A stretch of DNA of 64,000 nucleotides from Roseibacillus sp. (GTDB lineage: Bacteria; Verrucomicrobiota; Verrucomicrobiia; Verrucomicrobiales; Akkermansiaceae), in contig CBDEUM010000038.1 of assembly GCA_965242925.1 (NCBI GenBank), positions 224,001 through 288,000 of the forward strand, given 5' to 3'. Position numbers and translations under genes: made by a program. Under the pieces are notes generated by a model. It saw nothing but the letters and a program-made list of their open reading frames with translations, was not told the DNA's origin and ran no database searches. This document shows positions 28,555 through 40,234 of the stretch, in pieces (position 1 is the stretch's first letter; the number at the start of each line of letters is the position of its first letter).

Positions 28555-30381
28555 ATGCATCCCGATGTGGTGAAATTGGTGGAATCTGGTCGCATTCCCC
28601 AAGCCGTCGGGGAACGCCTTTCCCAATTGGCTCCTGGCAGCTTTTGTCTTCACAAGTCTTGGGGATCTGGCAAAGTGGTCGATTGGGACCTTTTTGGTGG
28701 GAAGGTGACCATTGATTTTGAACGTGAGTCGGGTCGCGTGATGGGGTTGAAGCTGGCTCTGGAGAAGACTGAGCCGTTGGAGATGGAGGATTTCCGTGCA
28801 CAGAAGATCGAGAAGATCGAGGAACTGCGGGAGCAGGCCCAGAGCGACCCTGCTACCGTGGTCATCCAGACCCTTGGTGCCCACGGGGGATCGATGAAAC
28901 CGGACCATATCGACCGTGAACTGTGTGGAAGCGTTGTGCCGGAGGCTGATTACAAGAAGTGGTGGGATCGCGCAAAGAAGGCATTGCGGGAATCTCATCG
29001 AGTGGTGGTTCCGAGTAAGCGCAATGAATCGCTGGTCCTGCGCGAAACCGACCTGAGCCCGGTGCAGACCCTGCTATCCGATTTCGAGGCAACCAACAAC
29101 CTGCGCGAGAAGGCCAGGGTTCTTGATGATATCCGAAAGCAGTCGAAGGCGTTGGAAAGCGAGGGTGCGGCGGAAGAATTACTGGCAGGGATTGATGAGA
29201 TCAGCCGAAAGGGGATTAAGCTTCATCTGGGGGATGCCCTCGATTTGCTGGCGAGTCGAGATGAGTTGCTGGAGTCTCTGAAGGAGACCACCCTGGCTGA
29301 TAACGCCCTGCGACTCCATGACGTGCTGGCGAGTTCCAGTGGTCCGCTTGCTCCGCAGATGGCAGGTCTGCCAGCGGCCCGTCAACGCCGGATTTATGAG
29401 TCTTTCCCGGAAGCCTTCGGAAACGATTGGGTGGAAAATATTCTGAGGGTATTTGATCGGGTGGGTACCCGGGGAGTGTCTGAGATCGCCAAGATGTTTG
29501 CGGATCGTGGAGAGATGGATAGGCTGCTGGAACACATCAAGCATGCGCTGTCGCGGCACGCGCTCGGTCCGGATGCGCTGGCATGGATATGCCGGGAACG
29601 CAGGAAGGCCGCCAAGGATGTCTTCACCCACGAAGTGGGATCGGCCATTCTCTCGGTCATTGAGCAGGACAGCACGGATGAGGGACCACGCAAGACGCTG
29701 CGACTGCAGAATTTCCTGGCGGAGGACCGCGGGCTCATTGCCGACCTGCTGGATGGAGTGGACATGAACGAGGTGCGAAACTTTGCGCGCAAGCTGCTTC
29801 AGAGTCCTGCGTTCGCGGAACTGGACCGGAAATCGTTGATGGCCCGTGTGATCAAGGCGCACCCGGAAACGCAGGAACTGGTGACTGGTGACGGAGGGCC
29901 CCGTCGGGAGACCCTGGTCGTCTCCTGGGAGAGCCTGGAAAGGCGCAAGGAGGAGTATGAAGACCTCGTGAACAAGCGCATCCCCGGGAACATCAAGGAG
30001 ATTGCAATAGCCCGCTCCTACGGCGATCTGCGGGAGAACTTCGAATACAAGGCTGCCAAGCAGATGCAGGCCGTCCTGGCTCGTCGCAAGACGGAACTGG
30101 GGAAGGATCTGGATAACGCACAGGGATCGGATCTCACCGGAGCGGATACCGCCACCGTCAACATCGGGACGGTGGTGAAACTCCGGCACAATGGCGAGAC
30201 CGAGCAATACACCGTTCTCGGGGCCTGGGACAGTGATCCCGACAAGCTCATTGTCTCTTACCTGTCAGAGATCGGGCAGGCCCTCATCGGTCAGAAGGTT
30301 GGCAACAAGGTCGAGTTTCGCGATCTGGAGACGGAAGAGGAGTGCATTTATGAAATCGCCGAGATTACGGCGTGGAAGTAA
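28555..30381 (+). CDS. greA: GreA-family transcription elongation factor with a long N-terminal extension
   Basis: C-terminal ARSYGDLRENFEYKAAK and SYLSEIGQALIG; ~450 aa N-terminal region; start 28543 or 28555. Confidence 0.85.
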   Translation: MHPDVVKLVESGRIPQAVGERLSQLAPGSFCLHKSWGSGKVVDWDLFGGKVTIDFERESGRVMGLKLALEKTEPLEMEDFRAQKIEKIEELREQAQSDPATVVIQTLGAHGGSMKPDHIDRELCGSVVPEADYKKWWDRAKKALRESHRVVVPSKRNESLVLRETDLSPVQTLLSDFEATNNLREKARVLDDIRKQSKALESEGAAEELLAGIDEISRKGIKLHLGDALDLLASRDELLESLKETTLADNALRLHDVLASSSGPLAPQMAGLPAARQRRIYESFPEAFGNDWVENILRVFDRVGTRGVSEIAKMFADRGEMDRLLEHIKHALSRHALGPDALAWICRERRKAAKDVFTHEVGSAILSVIEQDSTDEGPRKTLRLQNFLAEDRGLIADLLDGVDMNEVRNFARKLLQSPAFAELDRKSLMARVIKAHPETQELVTGDGGPRRETLVVSWESLERRKEEYEDLVNKRIPGNIKEIAIARSYGDLRENFEYKAAKQMQAVLARRKTELGKDLDNAQGSDLTGADTATVNIGTVVKLRHNGETEQYTVLGAWDSDPDKLIVSYLSEIGQALIGQKVGNKVEFRDLETEEECIYEIAEITAWK

Positions 30382-30397
30382 GAGCGCCTCTTCCTGA

Positions 30398-31711
<1,314 letters not shown>

Positions 31712-31727
31712 GTCCTCCTGATGGCAT

Positions 31728-32084
31728 CTATTTCTTCTTGATGCGATAGATCCGCTCTCCGCTGCGATAAAGGTCGAGACGGTCACGGGCGACGAGCTCA
31801 AGATAGGCGGGATCATCGCGGAGGGCGATGAGCTCGCGACTCTTCCGCTCCTTGTGAGAGCGGACGTAGTGTTCCTGTGCGTTGGCACGGGCCAGTTCTT
31901 CCTTGAGGGAGCGTAACTTGCGCAATTGAGGGACCGAGAGAGCGGCCATCGCCACGCAGCCGGTAACGAGGAAAATCGTAAAGGCCGCCCGATTCACAAT
32001 GCGAATCCCCGTCGTGCGAGCCTGCAGATGCCTGCCCACAGGGCGCCTGCGACTGGCTTTGGGGGAGGATGAGCGATGCGCCAT
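31728..32084 (-). CDS. ftsB: Septum formation initiator (FtsB/DivIC family)
   Basis: TM helix, coiled coil, then DPAYLELVARDRLDL...GE. Confidence 0.75.
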   Translation of the reverse strand: MAHRSSSPKASRRRPVGRHLQARTTGIRIVNRAAFTIFLVTGCVAMAALSVPQLRKLRSLKEELARANAQEHYVRSHKERKSRELIALRDDPAYLELVARDRLDLYRSGERIYRIKKK

Positions 32085-32185
32085 GAGGATTGATCTTAGC
32101 AATTTTTATAAGGGGTTCCAAAATAATTGTGGCCGAGGAGGGAATTGCACTGGAAATGAGCTTCAACCCGGCCTAGTGGTCGCCG

Positions 32186-32878
32186 GTGCCCGAGGAGCCT
32201 TTGATTTTAGCCCAGGACGTTCATCGTAGCTACTTGCTGGGGAGGAAAGAAGTGGAGGTGTTGCGCGGGATTGATCTGGAGATCATGCAGGGTGAGCGGG
32301 TTTTCCTGTGCGGGGCGAGTGGAGCGGGCAAGACAACCCTGCTGTATACTCTGGCGGGTCTCGAACGACCACAGCGGGGTCGGGTGCAGATTGGAGGAGA
32401 AGATCTCTACGGATTATCGAGGAGGGATCAGAGCCTGCTTCGCAACAGTAAGATGGGCTACATTTTTCAGAATTACTATCTCCTGCCCGAACTGACCGCC
32501 TTGGAAAACGTGATGATTCCGGGAATGATCCGGTCGCGGAATGTCCGCAGGCGCGCCATTGAACTGCTTGCAGAGGTGGGACTGGAGGAACGCAGTCATC
32601 ATCTGCCGGCGGAACTGAGTGGCGGTGAACAGCAGCGGGTTGCCATCGCGAGGGCACTGGTAAACGATCCGGCCATGGTCTTCGCGGACGAACCCACCGG
32701 GAATCTGGATTCTCGCAACGGAGGCGAGGTGATGGAGTTGCTCCTTGATTTCGCCGGGAACCTGAAGACCACCCTGGTGGTGGTGACCCACGACCGTAGT
32801 CTCGCCAGGTTGGGGGATCGCACCCTGGAGATCCTGGACGGGAAAATGATTGAGGAGGAGACGGATGCGGGGGGGTAG
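32186..32878 (+). CDS. ABC transporter ATP-binding protein, LolD-like
   Basis: GASGAGKT; LSGGEQQRVAIARAL; DEPTGNLD; VTHD. Confidence 0.92.
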   Translation: MPEEPLILAQDVHRSYLLGRKEVEVLRGIDLEIMQGERVFLCGASGAGKTTLLYTLAGLERPQRGRVQIGGEDLYGLSRRDQSLLRNSKMGYIFQNYYLLPELTALENVMIPGMIRSRNVRRRAIELLAEVGLEERSHHLPAELSGGEQQRVAIARALVNDPAMVFADEPTGNLDSRNGGEVMELLLDFAGNLKTTLVVVTHDRSLARLGDRTLEILDGKMIEEETDAGG

Positions 32879-32940
32879 AACCACCGTCGAGTATTGATTG
32901 CAATCCGGCGCGGAGCATCCAAAGTCGCGGTCCGAAATTC

Positions 32941-33822
32941 ATGGCGCTCAAAATCTGGTATGATGGATCCCTGGTGGACGAAGCGGAGGCGAGGGTCCCG
33001 GTTTTCGACCATGGATTGCTGTATGGTGACGGGGTCTTTGAGGGAATCCGGTTCTACAGTGGACGGGTTTTTCGTCTGCCTGAGCACGTTGATCGGCTTT
33101 TTGCCTCCTCCAGGGCCATCCTGCTGGAACTTCCCTGGTCCCGGGCAGGAATCATCGAGCATATTCTCGAAACCATTCGTGCCAATAACCTCGAGAACGG
33201 TTACGTGCGCCTTCTTGTCACCCGGGGAGTGGGGACCCTGGGTCTCAGCCCGGAGAGCTGTAAGCGCCCTTCCTTGATCATTATTGCGGCAGACATTCAA
33301 CTTTATCCACAATCGGACTACGATGTGGGGTTGAAGGTGGTTACCTGCGTCACCCGGCGTCCCAGCCACACCTCTTTAAGTCCCCAGGTAAAGTCACTGA
33401 ACTATCTCAATAACGTGATGGCCAAGGTGGAGGCTACTAGGGCAGGCGGCCGGGAGGGCCTCATGCTGAACGAGCAGGGTTATGTGGCAGAGTGCACCGG
33501 GGATAACATCTTCATTGTGAAGAACGGCGTAGTCTACACACCACCAGTCTCTGACGGGGGATTGGACGGCATTACCAGAGGGGTTATTTTTGAGCTCGCG
33601 GAGCAATTGGAGGTCACCATCCGGGAAAGAACCATGACCCGGTTCGACATAATGACGGCGCACGAGTGCTTTCTGACCGGGACCGCGGCGGAAGTAATTC
33701 CAGCGGTTGAACTGGATCATCGTCCTATTGGGGAAGGGGGGCCGGGGCCGCTCACAGCTCGTTTTATAGAGGCTTACCGGACTCTTGTTCGCAATTCCGG
33801 CACCCCCATCGGCGGGGAGTAA
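32941..33822 (+). CDS. ilvE: Branched-chain amino acid aminotransferase
   Basis: DHGLLYGDGVFEGIR; KSLNYLNN; LDGITR; FLTGTAAEV. Confidence 0.95.
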   Translation: MALKIWYDGSLVDEAEARVPVFDHGLLYGDGVFEGIRFYSGRVFRLPEHVDRLFASSRAILLELPWSRAGIIEHILETIRANNLENGYVRLLVTRGVGTLGLSPESCKRPSLIIIAADIQLYPQSDYDVGLKVVTCVTRRPSHTSLSPQVKSLNYLNNVMAKVEATRAGGREGLMLNEQGYVAECTGDNIFIVKNGVVYTPPVSDGGLDGITRGVIFELAEQLEVTIRERTMTRFDIMTAHECFLTGTAAEVIPAVELDHRPIGEGGPGPLTARFIEAYRTLVRNSGTPIGGE

Positions 33823-33873
33823 ATCTTGCTTTTTATTTCGAATTTGGGGGGAGCTGCATTAGAGTTCCTCCGC

Positions 33874-34380
33874 ATGCAGTGTGACTTTTGCGAGAAAAAG
33901 GCGACTGTCTTCCTCACTCAGCTGATTGAAGGAGAGATGAAGAAGATGTGCCTTTGTGAAGAGTGCGCTGAGGAGAAGGGGGTGACTGATCCCGCCGGCT
34001 TCTCTCTGGCGGATTCGGTGCTGGGAGGAGAAACTGCTACGGATCCTGGAGACATCATCACAATTTCGGACGACGGAGTGCCGTGTCCGATCTGTGGTTT
34101 TACCTTCAACAAGTTCCAGCAGGTAGGCCGTTTGGGGTGCAGTGAATGTTACAAGACTTTTGCCGACGAAGTCGGGCGCCGTCTCAAGGGGATGCACAAG
34201 GGGACGGTGCATGTGGGTCGGGTTCCCGAGGGTCTTGTGGAGGCTCATGCGCGCCAACAAAGACTTGACCAGTTGCGTGGACGGCTGGAGCAGGCCATTG
34301 CTGCCGAGAATTACGAAGAGGCTGCTGGGCTGCGGGATGAAATCCACGAGGTCGAGAATAGTGTAGTGACGCAGCCATGA
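33874..34380 (+). CDS. mcsA: McsA (Zn-finger/UVR-domain activator of McsB)
   Basis: Four CxxC motifs; GRLGCSECY; ENYEEAAGLRD UVR motif. Confidence 0.92.
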   Translation: MQCDFCEKKATVFLTQLIEGEMKKMCLCEECAEEKGVTDPAGFSLADSVLGGETATDPGDIITISDDGVPCPICGFTFNKFQQVGRLGCSECYKTFADEVGRRLKGMHKGTVHVGRVPEGLVEAHARQQRLDQLRGRLEQAIAAENYEEAAGLRDEIHEVENSVVTQP

Positions 34381-35504
34381 TGCGGTTCTCCACTCTGTTA
34401 AAGCATCCGGCCGACTGGATGACGGGTGCGGCAAAGGGGACTGGCGTGGTTCTGACCAGTCGGGTGCGCCTTGCGCGTAACCTCCACCGCGAACCGTTTC
34501 CGGGGTGGTCCACCAAGGAGCGCCGGGTGGGCTTGCTGGAGCGGGTGAAGCCCGAGGTGGAAGCACTCCCGGAGATGAAAAATGGGTTCTCACAGGAACT
34601 GGACAGTCTGACCTCTCTCCAGAAGCAGGTCCTCGTCGAGCGGCATCTGATCAGTCGTGAGCAGGCCGCGAGGGGTGAGGGAAGTGCGGCCATCGTCAAC
34701 CGCAAGCAGGCTCTGTGCCTGATGATCAATGAGGAAGATCACCTTCGCATGCAGGCTATCCGACCAGGACTGGCCCTGAGCGAGGCCTATGAACTTGTAT
34801 CTTCGATTGGCACCCAGCTTGAGAGCAGCCTCGAGTTCGCCTTTGATCATGAGTTGGGCTATCTGAGTGCCTGCCCCACCAACTTGGGAACCGGCATGCG
34901 GGCTTCTGCGATGTTGCATCTTCCCGGGTTGGTGTTAAGCGATCAGATCGCTCAGGTGCTGCAGGCGGTGGGGAAGCTGCAACTGGCTGTACGCGGTTTT
35001 TTCGGGGAGGGCACGGAGTCTCTCGGGAACCTCTTTCAGGTCTCAAACCAGTCCACTCTCGGGGAGAGTGAAGAGACGATTATTCGGCGTCTTGAGCGTG
35101 TGATTGAGCAAGTGGTCTCCCACGAGCGCAACGCCCGGTTGAAACTTTTCGAAGATGACGCCGACATGGTATTTGATCGGGTTGGACGGGCTTATGGAAC
35201 TCTTCGACACGCGCATATCATCGCCTCTAAGGAAGCTCTCAATCTGCTGTCCCTGCTGCGTCTGGGCGCCGAGTTGGAATTTTTCCCGCCTGAGACGGGA
35301 GGAACCTGCGATTCATTGCTGATGGAGATTCAGCCGGCCCACCTGCAGCTACATTCGGGAAAAAAATTGACTCCTGAACAGCGGGATGCGATTCGGGCTG
35401 AAATCATCCGGACCCGGTTGCAATCGCTCGATCCGCCTGTTATGAGTGAGAGACAAGAGGACGAAGACCGGGAAGACCCTCCTGATACCATTGTTGATTT
35501 ATGA
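34377..35504 (+). CDS. mcsB: Protein arginine kinase McsB
   Basis: SRVRLARNL; LVERHLIS; NEEDHLR; CPTNLGTG; FQVSNQSTLG. Confidence 0.95.
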   Translation: MMRFSTLLKHPADWMTGAAKGTGVVLTSRVRLARNLHREPFPGWSTKERRVGLLERVKPEVEALPEMKNGFSQELDSLTSLQKQVLVERHLISREQAARGEGSAAIVNRKQALCLMINEEDHLRMQAIRPGLALSEAYELVSSIGTQLESSLEFAFDHELGYLSACPTNLGTGMRASAMLHLPGLVLSDQIAQVLQAVGKLQLAVRGFFGEGTESLGNLFQVSNQSTLGESEETIIRRLERVIEQVVSHERNARLKLFEDDADMVFDRVGRAYGTLRHAHIIASKEALNLLSLLRLGAELEFFPPETGGTCDSLLMEIQPAHLQLHSGKKLTPEQRDAIRAEIIRTRLQSLDPPVMSERQEDEDREDPPDTIVDL

Positions 35505-38014
35505 ATAATTTCACCCCGAGGGCGCAACAGGTTCTGGCGCTCGCCCGAAAGGAAGCAGACCGGTTCAACCACAACTATGTGGGTACCGAGCATCTGCTGC
35601 TTGGACTGATCAAACTGGGCCAGGGGGTGGCTGTGAGTGTGCTGGAGCGCATGGGGCTTGATCTGGAGTCGGTGCGCATGGAGGTAGAGAAGCAGGTTGG
35701 AACCGGACCGGATCAGAAGGTCTCCGGTAATATTCCCTACACCCCCCGGGTGAAGAAAGTGCTTGCGCTTGCTAACAAGGAAGCGAAGGCGCTTAACCAT
35801 TCCTATGTCGGAACTGAGCACATCCTGTTAGGCTTACTTCGCGAAGGGGAGGGGGTTGCGGCTCGCGTGCTTCAGACCCTTGGCGTCGATATTCAGCGTA
35901 CGCGTAACGAGATTTTGGCGGAGATCGATCCTAACTTTTCCCCGGAGGAATCTGATGATGAATTCGAAGGTTTTGAGGATGACGAAGAACTGATGGAGGG
36001 GGGCGGTGAAGGCAAGGCCAAGACGCCTGCCCTGCGGGCTTTCGGGCGGGACCTTACAAAAATTGCCCGGGACGGAGAACTCGACCCCGTGATCGGTCGC
36101 GAGACTGAAATCGAGCGCGTGATCCAGATCCTGTGTCGCCGGACCAAGAATAATCCTGTGATGGTGGGCGAAGCGGGTGTCGGCAAGACCGCCATAGTGG
36201 AAGGCCTGGCCCAGGAGATCGGAGCGGGCAATGTACCGGAGATCCTGCGGGAGAAACGTGTGGTAACCCTGGATCTTGCCCTGATGGTGGCGGGGACGAA
36301 ATATCGTGGGCAGTTCGAGGAGCGAATCAAGGCCGTCATGGACGAGATCCGCAAGGTAAAGAATGTCATTCTGTTCATCGACGAGTTGCACACCATCGTG
36401 GGCGCTGGATCGGCAGAGGGGGCAATGGACGCCTCAAATATCATCAAGCCGGCTCTGAGCCGCGGGGAGTTGCAGTGTGTCGGAGCGACCACCCTCAACG
36501 AATACCGTAAGTATATTGAGAAGGATGCCGCCCTGGAACGCCGGTTTCAGCAGGTCAAGGTGGAGGAGCCTTCCGTTGAGGATGCCATCGCCATTCTGCA
36601 GGGATTACAGGACAGGTATGAGCAGCATCACAAGGTGCGGTATTCGCCCGAAGCGGTCGAGTCATCCGTGCGCCTGACCTCACGATACCTGACTGGTCGC
36701 TTCCTGCCGGACAAGGCCATTGATGTGCTCGATGAGTCCGGCGCGCGCGCCCGGATTGCGACGCTGACCCGTCCCCCTGAGCTCAAGGGACTGGAGGGAA
36801 ATATCGAGAAGATCAACAAGGAGAAGGTGGCCGCGATTAACTCGCAGGACTTTGAGAAGGCGGCTTCGCTGCGAGACACCGAAAAGCAGGCCAAGAAGGA
36901 GTTGGAGGATCTCATCGGTTCCTGGAAATCCGAGAGCGAGGAGAAGGTGGTGGACGTCGACGAGGACGACATCATGACGGTGATCGCCAAGTGGACCGGC
37001 GTGCCACTCCAGCGCATGGAGGAGAAGGAGACTGAGAAACTCCTCCGCATGGAGGAAGAACTGAAGCATCACGTGGTGGGCCAGGATGCGGCGGTGGTTA
37101 CCATTTCGAAGGCTCTCCGGCGTTCGCGGGCGGACCTCAAGGATCCGCGTCGCCCAATCGGAAGCTTTCTCTTCCTGGGACCTACCGGGGTCGGCAAGAC
37201 CTATCTGGCCCGTAACCTCGCCGAATTCATGTTCGGCGACCCGGAGGCGCTCATTCAGATCGACATGTCTGAATACATGGAAAAATTCACCTCCAGCCGG
37301 TTGATAGGGTCGCCCCCCGGTTATGTCGGATACGAAGAGGGGGGACAACTCTCCGAGTCGGTGCGCCGTCGTCCCTATTCAGTGGTGCTTTTTGATGAGA
37401 TAGAGAAGGCGCACCCGGATGTCATGAACCTGCTTCTCCAGATTCTGGAAGAAGGCATGATCACGGATAGCTTCGGCCGCAAGATCGATTTCCGTAACAC
37501 CATCATCATCATGACCTCCAATGTGGGGGCGCAGAGCATCAAGCGCCAGACCTCGCTTGGATTTGGAGCGATGAGTGAGGGCCAAGCCGATTTTGAGGGC
37601 ATGAAGGAAAAGATCATGGAAGAGGCCAAGAAGGAGTATAAGCCGGAGTTCCTGAATCGCCTCGACGACCTGGTGGTCTTCAAGATGCTTGAGAAGGACA
37701 GTCTCTCCTCCATCGTGAATCTCGAAATCGACAAGTTTCTGGTGCGCCTCAGGGAAAAGGAGATCGAACTGGAACTGGAGGCCTCGGCCCGCGATTTCCT
37801 CATTACGGAAGGATACGATCCGAACTTCGGAGCCCGTCCCATGCGCCGTGCGGTAGAGCGCCATCTTGAGGATCCTCTGGCGGAGGCTCTTCTTCGGGCG
37901 GAATTCAAGGCAGGTGACTTGGTAACCGTAAGCCATGAGAAGGGCTCCAAGGAACTTTCCTTGGAGGTCAAGCCTTCCAAGCCTGAACCGGACGAGGCAG
38001 AGGTGACCGGCTAG
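35501..38014 (+). CDS. clpC: ATP-dependent Clp protease ATPase subunit ClpC
   Basis: Clp N repeats; GEAGVGKT and [14 protein letters not shown] loop. Confidence 0.97.
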   Translation: MNNFTPRAQQVLALARKEADRFNHNYVGTEHLLLGLIKLGQGVAVSVLERMGLDLESVRMEVEKQVGTGPDQKVSGNIPYTPRVKKVLALANKEAKALNHSYVGTEHILLGLLREGEGVAARVLQTLGVDIQRTRNEILAEIDPNFSPEESDDEFEGFEDDEELMEGGGEGKAKTPALRAFGRDLTKIARDGELDPVIGRETEIERVIQILCRRTKNNPVMVGEAGVGKTAIVEGLAQEIGAGNVPEILREKRVVTLDLALMVAGTKYRGQFEERIKAVMDEIRKVKNVILFIDELHTIVGAGSAEGAMDASNIIKPALSRGELQCVGATTLNEYRKYIEKDAALERRFQQVKVEEPSVEDAIAILQGLQDRYEQHHKVRYSPEAVESSVRLTSRYLTGRFLPDKAIDVLDESGARARIATLTRPPELKGLEGNIEKINKEKVAAINSQDFEKAASLRDTEKQAKKELEDLIGSWKSESEEKVVDVDEDDIMTVIAKWTGVPLQRMEEKETEKLLRMEEELKHHVVGQDAAVVTISKALRRSRADLKDPRRPIGSFLFLGPTGVGKTYLARNLAEFMFGDPEALIQIDMSEYMEKFTSSRLIGSPPGYVGYEEGGQLSESVRRRPYSVVLFDEIEKAHPDVMNLLLQILEEGMITDSFGRKIDFRNTIIIMTSNVGAQSIKRQTSLGFGAMSEGQADFEGMKEKIMEEAKKEYKPEFLNRLDDLVVFKMLEKDSLSSIVNLEIDKFLVRLREKEIELELEASARDFLITEGYDPNFGARPMRRAVERHLEDPLAEALLRAEFKAGDLVTVSHEKGSKELSLEVKPSKPEPDEAEVTG

Positions 38015-38179
38015 CAGGATGGGGAAGGATCCCGTGACCGCGCGAAGATATCCATTTTCCCGGTGGCGCGTCGCTGGGGATCGGTCTGGTTCCGTTATTG
38101 CGGGTGGAATCTGTAGATGCGCCCTGGCGTGACCTCAGAGCTTCTCCGATTCAACTGCCCGGCACGGTGGTGTTTTGAC

Positions 38180-39472
38180 TCAGCCTGCCGAGCTTCCTTG
38201 CCCAGGTTGAGAAACAACGGTGGTGGCAGTCTCGGGGGAGTGCTTGTTCTGTTTTTTCCGGTGGATGGTCTGTAGCGGGAGAGTTATTTCAAAGCGGGTA
38301 TCTTCACCAGGGGTAGAGGTCACCTCGATGGCTCCCCCGTGAGCCTCCACCGCCCGGCGGACGATGGAGAGTCCCAGTCCTGTTCCCTTGATCTCTACCT
38401 GGGAGTGATGCTTTTCCACGCGATAGAATCGCCGGAAAATGAAGGGCAGGTCTGCAGAGGGAATGCCTACTCCATTGTCGCTCACCCAGATTGCCAGCCC
38501 GTCTCCGGTTTCTTCCCAGCCAACCTCTACGGTGAGGGGACTATCGGGATTCTGCTTGAGTGCATTATCCACGAGATTGAAGAGAATCTGGGTCCAGTAA
38601 AAGCGGTCGCCCTGTAGACGGAGTTTCGGATTTCCCATCCTGAGTTCTACCGTGCACCCCTGTTCGGTAATCACCGATTCCAGACGTTCCACGACATCCT
38701 GCACGCATCGCTCCAGGCGGAAGGGCTTGAGCTTCAGAGTGCTTGCCTCACCAGATTCAAGGCGCGAAATAATCAGCATGTCTTCCACAATGCGGGCAAT
38801 CCGCCGTCCGTGTTTTCCCATGATCTTGAGAAAGCGCAGTGCGGTGTCGCGGTCATCAAGAAGGTTTCCCTCAATGAGGTTCTCAAGGTATCCGTTAATG
38901 ATGGCCAGAGGGGTGCGCAGTTCGTGAGAGGCGTTGGCGACAAAGTCCTTGCGGACCTGGTCGGTGTGGTGCTCGGCAGTGGTGTTGCGGATCGTGACCC
39001 GGAGGGGACTGTCGGGATCGTCCGGTTCGACGGGTCCGGCATCTACGAGCCAGGCGGTTTCTCCGGCCTGCTCGTGGCTGCCCAGAGTGGCGGATTGCTG
39101 GGAGAGAATGACCTGCGTGGTGACCGCCCGGTGTCCGGTCACTGCTTCACGGATGGGTTCCGCCAGTCGTTCCTCAAGGAAGACTTCATCGAGATGCCGA
39201 TCCACTATGCTGCCCCCGGGGAAGAGTTCTTCAGCGGGGGAGTTGGCGTGGCGGATGATTCCTTTTGGATCGAGCAGGAAGAACGGGTCATTCAGCGCAT
39301 TGAGTAGTCTGCGGCTCTGGCTCTCTCGCAAGACGAGGGCATTTTCGTGCTCTTGCTCAAGGCGTTCTTTTTCCTCTGCAGCCTGTCGGCGCTCGCGAGA
39401 GAGTCGCATGGTGGTGATGACGAGGAGGACCGCCATGAAGGCACAGATAATACCGAGAGAGAGAGGGAGCAT
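38180..39472 (-). CDS. phoR: PhoR-like PAS sensor histidine kinase
   Basis: DFVANASHELRTPL; NLVDNA; FRRFYRV; GTGLGLSIV. Confidence 0.85.
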   Translation of the reverse strand: MLPLSLGIICAFMAVLLVITTMRLSRERRQAAEEKERLEQEHENALVLRESQSRRLLNALNDPFFLLDPKGIIRHANSPAEELFPGGSIVDRHLDEVFLEERLAEPIREAVTGHRAVTTQVILSQQSATLGSHEQAGETAWLVDAGPVEPDDPDSPLRVTIRNTTAEHHTDQVRKDFVANASHELRTPLAIINGYLENLIEGNLLDDRDTALRFLKIMGKHGRRIARIVEDMLIISRLESGEASTLKLKPFRLERCVQDVVERLESVITEQGCTVELRMGNPKLRLQGDRFYWTQILFNLVDNALKQNPDSPLTVEVGWEETGDGLAIWVSDNGVGIPSADLPFIFRRFYRVEKHHSQVEIKGTGLGLSIVRRAVEAHGGAIEVTSTPGEDTRFEITLPLQTIHRKKQNKHSPETATTVVSQPGQGSSAG

Positions 39473-40152
39473 CAGGTTAGTTCGCGGAGACGATACCCCA
39501 CCCCCCGCATGGTTTCCACCATTCCCGCCTGATCGCCCAGCTTTCTCCGCAGCCTCTTCATATGGGTGTCCAGGGTCCGGCTGTTCACGGCATCACTGTA
39601 TCCCCACACATGGCGGAGCAGGTCGTGACGACTCTGGGGGGTGCCTGCGCGCTCGCTCAGGTACAGAAGCAATTTGAACTCGGTAGCGGTGAGATCGAGC
39701 TCCTCATTGGATAGAAAGAACTTCAAGGTGTTCTTCTCGAAAAGCAGGGGGCCATATTCAAAGCGGGCTGATCCGGGGACCGCTTCGGACCGTCGCAGAA
39801 CGGATTGTACGCGTAGAATCAATTCCTTGGGACTGAAGGGTTTTGTGAGGTAGTCGTCAGCCCCTGCCTCAAGGCCCTGGATACGGTCCTCGGTCTGAGC
39901 ACGGGCGGTCAACATGATGACCGGAGTTCTGTTGGCACGGGAGTCCCGCCGAAGATCCTTGAAGACAGAGAACCCGTCCTTGCCGGGCAGCATGAGGTCC
40001 AGGAGTATCAGGTCCGGTCCCTCCGCCAATGCCAGGTCCAGACCGGAGATGCCATCGTGGGCGATGACAGTGGTGTACCCGGCCCGATCCAGGTTGAATG
40101 CGATAAGTTCCGCTATATCCGGTTCGTCCTCGACAATCAGGATCTTATGCAT
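39472..40152 (-). CDS. phoB: PhoB-like OmpR-family response regulator
   Basis: ILIVEDE; LDLMLP; DDYLTKPF; RTLDTHMKRLR. Confidence 0.85.
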   Translation of the reverse strand: MHKILIVEDEPDIAELIAFNLDRAGYTTVIAHDGISGLDLALAEGPDLILLDLMLPGKDGFSVFKDLRRDSRANRTPVIMLTARAQTEDRIQGLEAGADDYLTKPFSPKELILRVQSVLRRSEAVPGSARFEYGPLLFEKNTLKFFLSNEELDLTATEFKLLLYLSERAGTPQSRHDLLRHVWGYSDAVNSRTLDTHMKRLRRKLGDQAGMVETMRGVGYRLRELT

Positions 40153-40234
40153 GGTCAGGTCTCCGTTACCCTTTCCAGGAAGTGGCACCTTTCTTTAAAT
40201 GTGACGAATGCGTCAGAGACGTCAACGAAGGGCT

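Noticed and set aside
38020..38090. Intrinsic terminator after clpC
   Set aside because: Only an imperfect inverted repeat with a long loop and no U-tract
40153..40234. Pho box upstream of phoB
   Set aside because: GTCA half-sites are present but not in the 11-bp direct-repeat spacing
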